Assembly (NCBI GenBank): GCA_002633005.1
Contig: NMRA01000107.1
Span: forward strand, 103,492 to 167,491
Length of the DNA stretch: 64,000 nt
Source: Phoronis australis
Taxonomy: Eukaryota > Animalia > Phoronida
Direction: 5' to 3'
Shown here: in pieces, positions 24,201-36,200 of the stretch
Layout of the letters: the number at the start of each line of letters is the position of its first letter
Numbering within the stretch: position 1 is the stretch's first letter
Program-made: the position numbers and the translations under genes
The notes under the pieces: generated by a model
The model's input: the letters and a program-made list of their open reading frames with translations, nothing else
Told to the model about the DNA's origin: nothing
The model's database searches: none

Positions 24201-27200
24201 ACGTCGGCAGTTAGCTTCGTTCTCGAGAGCGCAGCGCGGTGTAATAAGCCAAAAGTACAATCAAGTTCCTAGCTGACCAAGTGCCTAAGTCGGAAAGTTA
24301 CGTGGGTTGACCCACTTGATGGGTGTTGCTTCAGCCTTGCCCATTTATTACGAACACCAGCGTAGTACGCGCACTTTGAGATTATAAATGTCTTGCCGCT
24401 GCCCGCCTGCGAACATCAGTTAACGTCGAGTTAAAAATAGAAAAATGGACCAATCTGTGTGGGGGGCAGGGCTGTCATCATTTTTGGGATCAGTCATGAG
24501 GAAAAATAGATCGAAGCCGTGTAATCTCATTGTTTTATAGTCTTTCCATGGTGTTTATTTCAGACGTCCTCATATATTCTTGGCGAGTTTTAATGTTCAT
24601 TATTTGTGCTCTGTTTTATTTATGTGAAGCACCAATAAATTTCCAAGGGTCTTAACTGGTTATGTGGACCGATCTCTGCTGTTGGCATGGTACTAGTCTT
24701 GTCGACAATAACAGTGGCGGTATATTTTGTATTTTGTAAACGATTTAAATTTAAAAAATACTACTGATCACACGATTCTTAGCGGTAACTCACCTATCGT
24801 TACAGTTTTGCTATTCTTATAGTTGTGACGTCAAATGGCCATGTTCAGTACTGCGCTATTACATATGACTGCAAAACGACTGGATACACTGTGGCGGATC
24901 TAGGATATCACAAGGGGGGCCCAACATTTTGTATTTAAACATTTGGTCAAAGCACGATTGTAGATGCGAATAGCACCCTCCCGCCTAGGAAATTTTTTTG
25001 TTTTATCAAGCATTTTCCTTGATTCCCGAAGTATTATCCAAGAAAAAAGGCAAGAAAAAAACACAACAAGAAAAACTGCATGGTCGGATAAAGCGCGCGT
25101 GCTTTACCACTAGTCTACTCCACCACGACTTAACGCCCAACTTGATACTAAGAGACCTACTTGTTTATGGTTCACAGCGTTTGCGCGCGAAACCTCCTTC
25201 TTTTGTAATGCTTATTACATGTTTTATATTTTGTGCAATCAGTTCGTAACAAATTTGTTGTATTAAAAATAGTCTTCAAATGCCCAATAGACCAAATTCG
25301 TTTTTCGTGTTGGCAATAATGACGCGATTGCTTTGGAAATCGTCTTCAGTTAAGGTTTGACAAAGAGAGAATTATGAGTTTCTGAGTGATTCACTAAGGC
25401 TTCACATCTTACCAGCAGCTTCTGTTTTTTCATCGTCACTCAGGTTCCATTTTCTTTAAAAAATGAAGTAAATTGTCTTCATTGCACAATGGAGCAGACG
25501 ACGGAAACGGAGTCGTAGTGCGCAGCGCCACTGCCGGTCGCCTGGGATATCGCGGGAGAGCCTTATACTTAGCCATATTTCCGCTACGAATGCGCCGTGT
25601 TCCGAATTTGACAATTGAAATTGGATCTGAGCCCCCCCCCCNGACTGTCCTACGTAACGCTCGCGCATTTGTTGACAACAGCGCCACGGTGTGGCGGCTG
25701 GTTAGCATAGAAAGCATCTTGACACACACCGTGATCAGTTCCAAATAACTCACAACAACGAAATCGCGGTAGAGCACCCCTCTAAAACTACATCTGGCTC
25801 ACTTATATCCTTAAAATTAAGCAGTGCTCTATTATCGTCATCAACCAAACACATGTTTCAAAACTTCTCACAAGACCTACAAGGCACCACGCTTTCGAAG
25901 AATTACATGTACATGTACACGACGTTTGTGAGGAAAGACCGTCCACCTAGAACCATATATATCATCCATTCAGTTGAAGGAATGTACCTGACCTTGGTTG
26001 AACCATACAGTTATCCCAGGTATCATATGATTCCGCTGTTGGGTCAGTAGAGGGCAGGCATCGGGTGAAGTCATAAAAGCAGGGTTTAATGTACCTCAAA
26101 GTCACTTCCTCCAAGGCTCGGAGTCGGGTGTTTTGGCGACCCAGCTTCAAGCCTTGTAGGTGAACTTCAGTTGTCAAGTCGCAAGTGGTGAAAACCCAGA
26201 AAGTTTATTCTCCAGGCTTTTTCAATAAAGTGAAATTAGTTTTTAGAGGAACTCAATCTGATAGACCAACTTGAACGAGTTTGTCGATCGTTTCTTCGAT
26301 CGAATACTCCGCGACATTATTACACTTTAAAGTGGCATAGAACGCGAAAAGCAGACTAAGTTGCATTACCGTATTCAAAATGGTTCTCTGCCGCTGAAAC
26401 AGAAGTCAAACTGTTCACCAAGAATTTTCACGATTTGTTCGTAAAGATATTGAGTTTTTGTTGATGTTGAAACATTTTTCCTTTAGTTCCAAAGTTCAGA
26501 AAAAATAATCTGTCTACTGCTCGTCGATTTTTCACCCACTCGGCAACACACCTCTCTTTATTTATTTTGACATAGACGTAGCATATTTCCTTTATATGTA
26601 AAATGTGACTTTGACCTTTGATGTAAACAAAACAATGGTGATTTCAAACAGTAGCCAGTCCGACTTCTTTGAGCGCATGCGCGCGTATATATTATTAGGG
26701 GCGGAAATTTTGAAAACTTATATTGGGATGAAAGCATTTTTGTTTCGTCTGTATTTCGAAAATGGGGAATCTGATAATTTTATCTAGAAATTCTTGCAAT
26801 ACTCAAAGTTAATAATTCTTCCCAAGAAGTAGATTCATTACATATTGTTTAAAGGGTATTTTTATGAGTATTCGTGTTCCATGCTTCTTTAAATTAGCAA
26901 AATTAACATTCAAATGGCGTTCTTAGAGATCTTTCGTATTTTTATCAACATACATTCCGTTCATTTGAAAGTCAATTGTTCAACATCTTCTGACTTAAAT
27001 TATATATTTGTTTCAGGTGCCTTCTTGATTCCTTATTTCACGTTTTTGTTCATCTGTGGAATCCCCCTGTTCTTCCTGGAGTTGTCTGTCGGCCAGTTTT
27101 CAAGCTCCACCCCTCTTAGCATGTGGAACCTCTGTCCGCTATTTAAAGGTAAACGCACTCCATCATTTGATACTTACCAGCTTGTTACATCCTCAAATTT

Positions 27201-30200
27201 AACTGAGACATTCTGTCAAAGGTTGCTAGTGCCGATACGCGTTAGAAAAATGTTTTATGTTAACGTATTGTTTTGAAACCATGATGAATATGGACCTAAG
27301 TATATGACAAGTGTGCAGACAGCCGACACGACGACGGAAAAGATAGTAACGTTGGCGAAGAAATTTACGACGGATGAGCAGGAAAGCCAAGTAATTTTAA
27401 GGTTTCTGTTGCCACAGTTTACTTTGTTTAAATTCTGTGTTTTGCGATCTAGTTGGCATATCCAATGCAATTAGGCGAACAGTATTTTACTCTATTTCGG
27501 ATATAAGTTGTTTTTAAAATTGACAGACCTTTACAAGTGACACCCAACCTTTTAATAGATGACGAGGTCAAATCGTTTTGAGCAAAAGTCAGATTTGTGA
27601 ACTATTTTCACGAAGCCCTTACATAATCTCTCGACAACTTTATTTTTGCGTGAGCACAGAAATGATTTAAAATGCGCCTGGTTGCGTGGATATGCTTCTT
27701 TATTATCAAAGTACGTCACCTGGGTTCTTACTGCAGGTTTAGGTTACGGGATGCTTGTGGTGTGTACCCTGGTCTGTGTCTATTACAATATGATCATAGC
27801 CTGGGTACTCTACTACCTTGCGCACTCATTCACCTCAAAACTGCCCTGGTTACACTGTCAGAACGAGACCAGATGTTACGAAACTTTGCCCGCTGCCAAC
27901 AACGAGTCGATCGTAAATGCGACAGACTTGACTGCCACCTATCGCCGCGAAGCTGAGGCGGCATCAATCAAGGCTGTCCGTGGCAACTTGTCTGTGAACC
28001 TCGTTGGAGAGGGTGCGAGCAGCTTTGAGAAAATGACACCTGCCGAAGAGTACTGGCAGTAAGTCCGCCTGATAGAGGAGCCGCTTGTTTACTAGTCCAT
28101 GTTGACTAGTGCCTTTGGAGGATAGAACGAACCAGTGCTCTGTACCAACAATGTAACCTACATGTCGGCCTGAGCATGCGCAATCAACATGTAATGAAAA
28201 GTTCGCATTATCGGCAACTGTTTCGGCGATTTTTATACCAACACAGAATGTGCAATTTGGCAAAACAATTACTAACCAGAGTGACTTTTTTCTCTTCCTC
28301 GTGTTTTCTCTTATTTTTTGTCTATTATTTTTCAAAATTAAGCATGAACACCATTTAGACAGTTTGTTTTTGATTACATAGCTACTCTAACTTCGAAAGA
28401 TTTTGTCGCGTGCTCGGAAAATTCTTTTGACTCAGTTTTGACGAAAACTTCTGTAAATTTCAACATGCAATTCCATCAAGAATGCCTGGAAACTTGTTTT
28501 TCGTCTGCTCATCAATACCTTCAATTCCATTAACCTGTGATTTACACTGTTGAGGCAGTGCGGAATGTATTCTAAAGCGGTGTCCAGTGCCGTGTTTCTT
28601 GGTTGTTTGTATTCAAATGTTTACGAACCTATGCCTTTATATGTTAAAAAATAGTATGCGCTCTCAGAAATACATATTCTGATTAAAGGAACACCCATTC
28701 ACTTACCCCGTGCTCAGTGATTGACGTGAACGTTTTATGTCTTCTTTACGAACTACAGTATTTGTGCGTACATGCACGGACTCATTTCTAAGGCTTATAC
28801 AACCTGACAGTAAAATCTATTTAAAAAAAACTCTTTGTTCAAAGGGAAAATATTTGTACAACTGAGATATAAATGTTTTCAAGTGATCAATTCAAACCTT
28901 CTTTTTGTGCCCCTTTAAAACTGCACAGTACACATTTATAGCACGGGTGTAGGTTGGTAGTCCGAAGGTCCAGTAGTCCTGGGGTCCTCAAGTCCGAAGG
29001 TTCACTAGTTGGAAGAGCTGAAATCGCGGCTACTCATTTTTCTCGGACTTGTGAACCTTCGGACTTACGGACCATTTTAAAAATAGGCCCTACCTGCATT
29101 TGTCGGACTTACGGACCTTGAGTCTGGTGAACTTCGGACTATCGAGCGGGCCGAAAAATGACGTCACATGACAGTGAGAATGCTGTAGTGTTGAACAAAT
29201 ACGAAGCTCAGTAGGGAACTAATATAAGTATCCGTAACAAACTAAAATTCAGGAGGTCATTAATGTTTGCCTCAAGTGTAACACTCGTCATATGATTTCA
29301 AATTAGTTAAAGCGAATGCACTCCTACCTCGTCTTCATTAGGTGTTTATGGACAAATCTATGAAATGGCCGTATTTATGGTTCCCATGGCAACTACACTC
29401 TTCGTATCTCTTAGATATTTCATTTACGGGGTGTTGTTGTTTTCTATTTGTGATAGGTTTCGTATTCGCACGGCCTTGTTTTCACTGTGTTATAGGTACA
29501 CTGTACTGGAGCTGTCACCAGGCATCGAGAAGCTTGGCGAAACCAGGTGGGAACTTGTAGTTTGCCTACTCGCAGCCTGGGTACTCGTGTTCTTGTGTTT
29601 ATGTAAAGGAGTAAAATCGTCAGGAAAGGTAATGATTAGATTAATAATCGTCTATTTTCCACTTGTCTAACCTGTAGATGTGTAAAATTTGTAAACTAGC
29701 CTTCTTTGACGATTTCAGTCACTCCAATGTCTTCCTATTTGATACTGCCATTATTTATTTACCGAGTGGAAAGTTACTAATCTTTATATAATTTGTAGCA
29801 GAATTCTTGACATTTGTAACTATGAAATGTTACTTGCTTTACAAAAGTGTAAACGTATTTTTGTTAATGTTATTGTGTCAAGTGCCTCCCTTGCTGCGTC
29901 AGAGAGCAACTTTACGCCGATAACTGATAAAATTTCGTGGGTTACTATGCGTCCATTTCCGATATCTAGGCTCGAACACAATGTGAAAGAGAATTTTGGA
30001 AAACGAAAACAAAGTTCAAGATTCATTTTAAGCTGATTAATTTGTATTTTGAATGCAAAATTCAGAGCATTCCGTATGACAACTTGTATCAAATACAAAT
30101 ACGGAGAAAATATACTAGCCCACATAACCAAGACAGCCGCATGAACGCAACGTTGACAAATCCTCGAGTAGCAGTTTACTATTCAATGCATTACGGGTAC

Positions 30201-33200
30201 AGAGGTGACTTGATTGCAACACGTGACGGCTTGCCTGCCAACGCAGTTCCAAACTTGCTTGGCGATGCTAAGTAGTTGCAGGTATACCATAGAATCACAC
30301 GTGCGAGCATTGCCTCTTAGGCACGAACCACCTACGAACCTATGTGTCATACATACGAACCTAAAAATCACGCATACGAAAAAAAATCATGCGCACGAAC
30401 CACAAAAATCATACATACGAACACAAAATCATACATACGAGCATCGAATCAAACTCACGAACACTTTATCGTTTGGCTAGCCAGGCGGTTCGTGCGGAGT
30501 ATAAATCAGATGCTCATGCCTATCATTTGTGTTCGTATGTGTGATTTTTGTGGTTCGTGTGCATGATTTTTGTTCCTGTGCGTGATTGTTGGGTTAGTAG
30601 GCATGATCCATAGGGGTGAGTGGTTCGTGCGTAAGATGCAATGCTCTTGCGTATGATTATATAGTACCCCTGTTGAACTATCATTGGATAGGCAACGCCA
30701 AGCCCCTAAATTTGTCATTGATGTTAATCGCCCACTGTCTCCCTGAGTCATCCCGGCTTTCTGATTCTGTGCACATTAGAAAATATCTGAGTTGCGAATC
30801 TAATATCTATGGTTTATCATGTCACAACAATGTTATTGCGCATATTGTCACCCCATATAGGTCCAAAGGCTGGTTGCTTACTAGTTTTTTTTGTCAAATA
30901 TGGGGATCCGTAAGCACACGGCAGAAGACCATGAAATTATAAAGCCCACGCCATGCGTAAAGGCGAACTTGTTATTAGAATCAGCCTGCACCATATTGAA
31001 CGGTTTGTGTTAGCGGAGCACTCATCATATTAAGTACACTATTAAGCATTTTTTTTTCAAGCGGAAGCACGCCTTTCTACTGACCTGCCTCCTTGACTCA
31101 CCCACTCAACAAACAAAAAATGAAACTGATTAAGCAGCAAAGTCAGGCTGAGGGTGCATGGAAACGAATTATTTAGTGCTAAGCAACGAAATATTTTGAG
31201 GGTCAGGAGAGAATGTCTCCACGTACTGTGCACCCGATTTTTTGTTATCAAAAGGTCCACAACGTCACAACGTCAGGAATTCGAGCCCCCCCCCCCCCCA
31301 TATTGAAGGTTGGGCGGTGCGCGCATGCCTCCTATAGCAGTGGATCTCGGCCTGCACTTTTCCGACCTCTATAGTCTCAGCTCAATTACCGGGCGGGAGA
31401 GTCGAAATTTGGATTAGCTCATGACTTCAATTGGCGCTCGACGGATTATCGCCTAAGCCTACATGCATGGCAAACAGTCATCAATACAATCTCGCTGACT
31501 GAATGCGTTTACGGGGTGGCAATGTGCGCCGTCTGTAACAGCGTACAACTGTCGCCCTTGTGTCGCCCCAACGACAGTTTGTGGCGAGTGAAACGACAAA
31601 TGTTCTCCGTTTTAGGTGGCAGTAGCGATTGATTAATGTTGATCAATGTTTATCCCTGACATTTGTGCAACAGGTTGTGTACGTAACAGCTACCGCCCCC
31701 TATGTCCTACTGACGGTTCTCTTAATAAGAGGTCTCACCCTAGACGGTGCACTCGATGGAATAATTTACTATTTGACACCAGACTTCAGAAAGTTGACGA
31801 AACTGCAAGTAGGTTTAATTGATTTGTTTCAGTCATACACATTCGAATTGGTTTTAAACTGTGGGATTACCGCGCCCGACTTGTGAGCTTTGGAATTCTT
31901 TATACGTTAATGGTATCAATCCTTTACCTTAATCATGTTAATTATGTCAGTCCTTAGCCATAGTAATGTATGATATCAGTCCTTGGTCACAGCAATGTGG
32001 AAAAACAAAATGATATATGTAACAGCAGTCATAAAGAAATACATTATAAAAAAAACACAGCGTTTCGCCTTAAAAACGCATCATTAGGTGAGTACAGGCG
32101 GTAAATATCAAGTTCCAACGGTTAAGCCAGTTTAACCGCAAGAGATACAACCAATAGGTTACCCTAGCTGCCATTTGACATTTATTGGATCCAATAATTT
32201 TTTAAAAGGGCAAACGTCAACTTACGCGACTGTTGAATAGGACTGGTGTTTTCTTTTGGAATACATGACGCTTACCTGTACTCACCTGATAAAGCTTTTA
32301 CTTAATAAATCGAAATGTTATGTTGTTTTATAATGAATTTCTTTGTGATCGGGGCTTGCCCTTTTACTGAAGGGAACAACATTAAGAACGACGATAAAAT
32401 GCACTTGAACCTTCCCAGTCTCGTTTCCGGGTTTGTTTGTTTGTCTGTGGTTTGTCCCGTCATATAATACTGTCCGACCCGTTCACCTTTTTGGGCAACT
32501 TCGTGGAGTTTTGCAGTTTGCACGCAGTCATTAACAAGATAAGAGGGAAATGCGGTTTTGGTTTTGACTAATCCGTGAAAGAGCGGAAATTTGTAGCAAT
32601 GTCATGTTCAATAATTTCTCACAAGGTTTGGGGGGAGGCAGCTCTTCAAATCTTCTACTCTCTGGGCCCGGCCTGGGGCGGACTCATTACTATGTCAAGT
32701 TACAACAAGTTTCACAACAACGTCTACAGGTAGGTCAGGGTGAAGTAAGAATCTTAACCTAGCCACCTGGTTGAACGACATACACTGGATTCAGGTTAAT
32801 GCTTTAGGCGAAATATTAGTTGGAGTCAATGAAACAATTTGGTTGAGTTTATCTGTGAACATGTCAATAAACCACCAAATAGTAAACTTTCTTTCGAAAC
32901 CTATAAAGTTGCTAGCTGTCGGTGTCCTACCTGTGAATCCTGGACACAGTTGAAGACAGTAGAACTGTATTGGGATGAAAGAGTTTATTTTTAATTAGCA
33001 TTGATTTTTCATTAACGGAGCGCTTGAACTAATCAAAAACACAAAAACATGCAACTTTGAGCTTTAGTCATCATTTCCACGTGCGAAGATCGTTTTAAGT
33101 GGAACACATGTTAACGGCCAAATATTATGTGCAGTTTGTAGAGTTCAGTCGTTTCAATTACAGAGACGCAATGGTTGTTCCATTAGCTAACTGCCTCACC

Positions 33201-36200
33201 AGTTTCTATGGCGGCTTTGTCATATTCTCTGTGATTGGCTTTATGGCGAAAAAAGCTGGCAAATCCATCGAAGACGTTGTTACTCAGGGTAAGACGGCGT
33301 GAACGGCCGCCAGACTTGTTTAATTCTCCACGAGACTGTGGATCTAGTATTCTTCTTTGGTTACTGGGCAGACTGTTTTGGTGGAGTAGAACATACTGTT
33401 ATTGATAAACTCATGCATATGTACCATATATTTCCCTTATTGGACGGATTGAACCCGAACAGCACAACAACGATTACATTTCAATCCATTCTCATGTACA
33501 ACGCTTTCAGTTGGCAACGCATTTCGGGCGCGAAATGACAATGAACGGTTAGTGCCACAGATACGAGTTTAGGTTTTGGCAAAACGTTATAAGCTAGATT
33601 CCGTCGCTGTCATCCAAGAAGTTGGTCTTAGCTGTCAAAACAATTCAAAAAGCGAATTAAACTGATGTGTTATTCTGGGACGCGTGAGACGCTCGTTGCC
33701 TGAAATATGGCCCAGATCAAAGGATTTTGGCATATTTTTTCGCCAAAATATGTTTGGTGAATCGTTCTTAATCAGCATTCAAAACTGTGTTTGACAGCTG
33801 TTGACTGGCCAATTCTCAACGCTTGTTTTAAACGTTGTTATTTTTATGACAGGTCCTGGACTGGCCTTTGTAGTCTATCCGGAAGCGATAGGTAAATTGC
33901 CGATTTCACCAATGTGGGCAGTGTTCTTCTTCTTAATGTTGCTCACACTTGGGCTGGACAGTCAGGTAATGTACCTCCAGTTGACCTCTTAAACTTTGGC
34001 CAATAAGAAAATAAAATGCTGTTTCTTTCATCTTGTAATATCTTGCAACTTTTGGCTGTTTGTGAACATCTCATAATGTGATAGCATAGTCTAGTGGCTA
34101 CATACTTGCGTAGAAGTAAGAAACTCTCGAAAACGCAAGCCTTCGCGCAATATCTCCATGTTTAAACAAGTGAAGCACGTGTTCAGATTAGCTTTTCTCG
34201 CTAATGACTTATATAGGATTACGTCTGCGAAACGCATCCTTGCCGGTATGTTTGTCACATAACTAATCGGTTCGGAAGTTGCGTTGTTGATGCAACTTGA
34301 TACTTACACTCTATCACAGTGCTAAAAGAAAGTATAGGTGGCGCTGTGTCAGAGGGTACTTGATACTTGTTGTATTTCACTCGTGACTAAATTGTCTATT
34401 CCAGTAGTTTTGAAACGGCTTTAAGCGAAATAACAAAGTGATATTCATCCTCGGCGTAGGCCTACTGTTCTAGAAACTGGAGAATAAACTGTTACCGACC
34501 TCTGCGTGTTACAATGTATATAGGCGGCGCAGCATTGAAAAATGTGCCCCCTTGTGGTTCGCCGCCTATAGACCATGGGCGGCGCAGCACTGAAAAAATG
34601 GAGGGCCATAGCCTCCCCCCAGCCCCCTATGGTGCGCCGCCCATTAATGGTGACCGTAGAGAATTAAGAAAACACGATTAAACCCATCTTTTTAGTATCC
34701 TCACGGCTTATGTGAATTGTTGGTGACATAGAGCTCCATTTCGTCCTGTTAAGATATTTGAATCGAAAATCAAATTCGACTCTCATAAAATCGGTCTGGT
34801 AATATTCCTTACCACGGCCATTTCCCTTATCAAATCAAATCATTGGCTGTGCTTACATTCGCCATTTTCGAATTCGCACTGAATTGGCCAACCTAGACAA
34901 ATTCTGAAGCATATTCTTGAGGCGCTGCTGGTTTTGACGTTCTTGTTGGTAACGGAAATAGAATCTTATCACAGTTATGGATATTACGGTTACGGGACTG
35001 ATTTTGTGGCCATTACTTAGTTGACATCATTTATTGAGTCTTTCTAAGCACGCAGCCCATTTTTAATAAAGATTTCTCGGCTTCCGTTTTCAAAAGCCGC
35101 CAGCGCTTGCACTTGTAACAATGTGGTTACCATTGGTAACATATGTCTTGCTGTTTTCCTTTTCTTTAGTTTGCTTTCTTCGAAACTATAGTCAGCAGCT
35201 TGGTAGATGAATATCCCCGATGGATGCGTAAGCGTAAGCTAATCTTGTGTGCGGTTCTGAGTTGTGCCATGTTTTTGACGGGACTTCCATTTTGTACTCA
35301 GGTAGGACAACATGTGACTCTCATATGTAATATATGGGTGTGTTGAGTTTTGTCGGAGCGACTTAAGTTATTGCTGGTGTTTTGTGATGTTTTAATGTGC
35401 AATCATTGAGTTTAACTCCTGGCAATTATGTAGTTTTTCAGACCAGAAAAATCTGATAATGACCGAGGCAAAGCTGAGGTTGAATCAAAGACAAAACTGT
35501 AGAGCGAAGCCTTTCATTCCAAAAAGTTTCTGATATTACAATAACACAGAAAATATTTTAATCCAAATTGCAACAAAACATCAGTTCTTTGGTTAATAAA
35601 TAACATAAAACATAATAAAATCTAAAGTAATGTTTTCTGTGACACAAATGGTTGAAAAATATGTATACAAAACGTACCGAGAGTGGCGTAGATGAAGTAA
35701 TATTCCAACTCGACATTATTCCGCGTATAGAAAGTGAGTTTAGTTGTGGCTTACTACCACCTTCATGCAGATCCCGGGATCGAATCTCGATGAAATACCC
35801 AGTACTTCACAAAAAAATCTAAAGAAGAATACAGTGACGTTAAAGGGGAATGCCACACGATTTAATTAGTCTTTTTTACAGTCTTAATCGGTCTATATCC
35901 ACATCACCTCGTATGCGGTCGATCTCTCCTCGCCGAGAGGTGTCGCGTTAACCTGTGAGGAAGGTGAGGAACGACTCAGCGACGTCAGTGGTTCTTCTGC
36001 AGAATGAGTGCCGCTATATGGAGTGGTGTATCATTCCCGCCTGTGCGAACTATGAAGCTACGAGGAAAGAGGTATATCGTTTTTTCGATTTCCTCGAGAG
36101 CACACAATGCTTCGGAAGTGGTTCGCGGTAGTGAAGAATGAAAAGTACGCCGTAATACCTATTAAGTAAGAAGCCGTGAAACTTCTTCGTGTCTGTGGCC

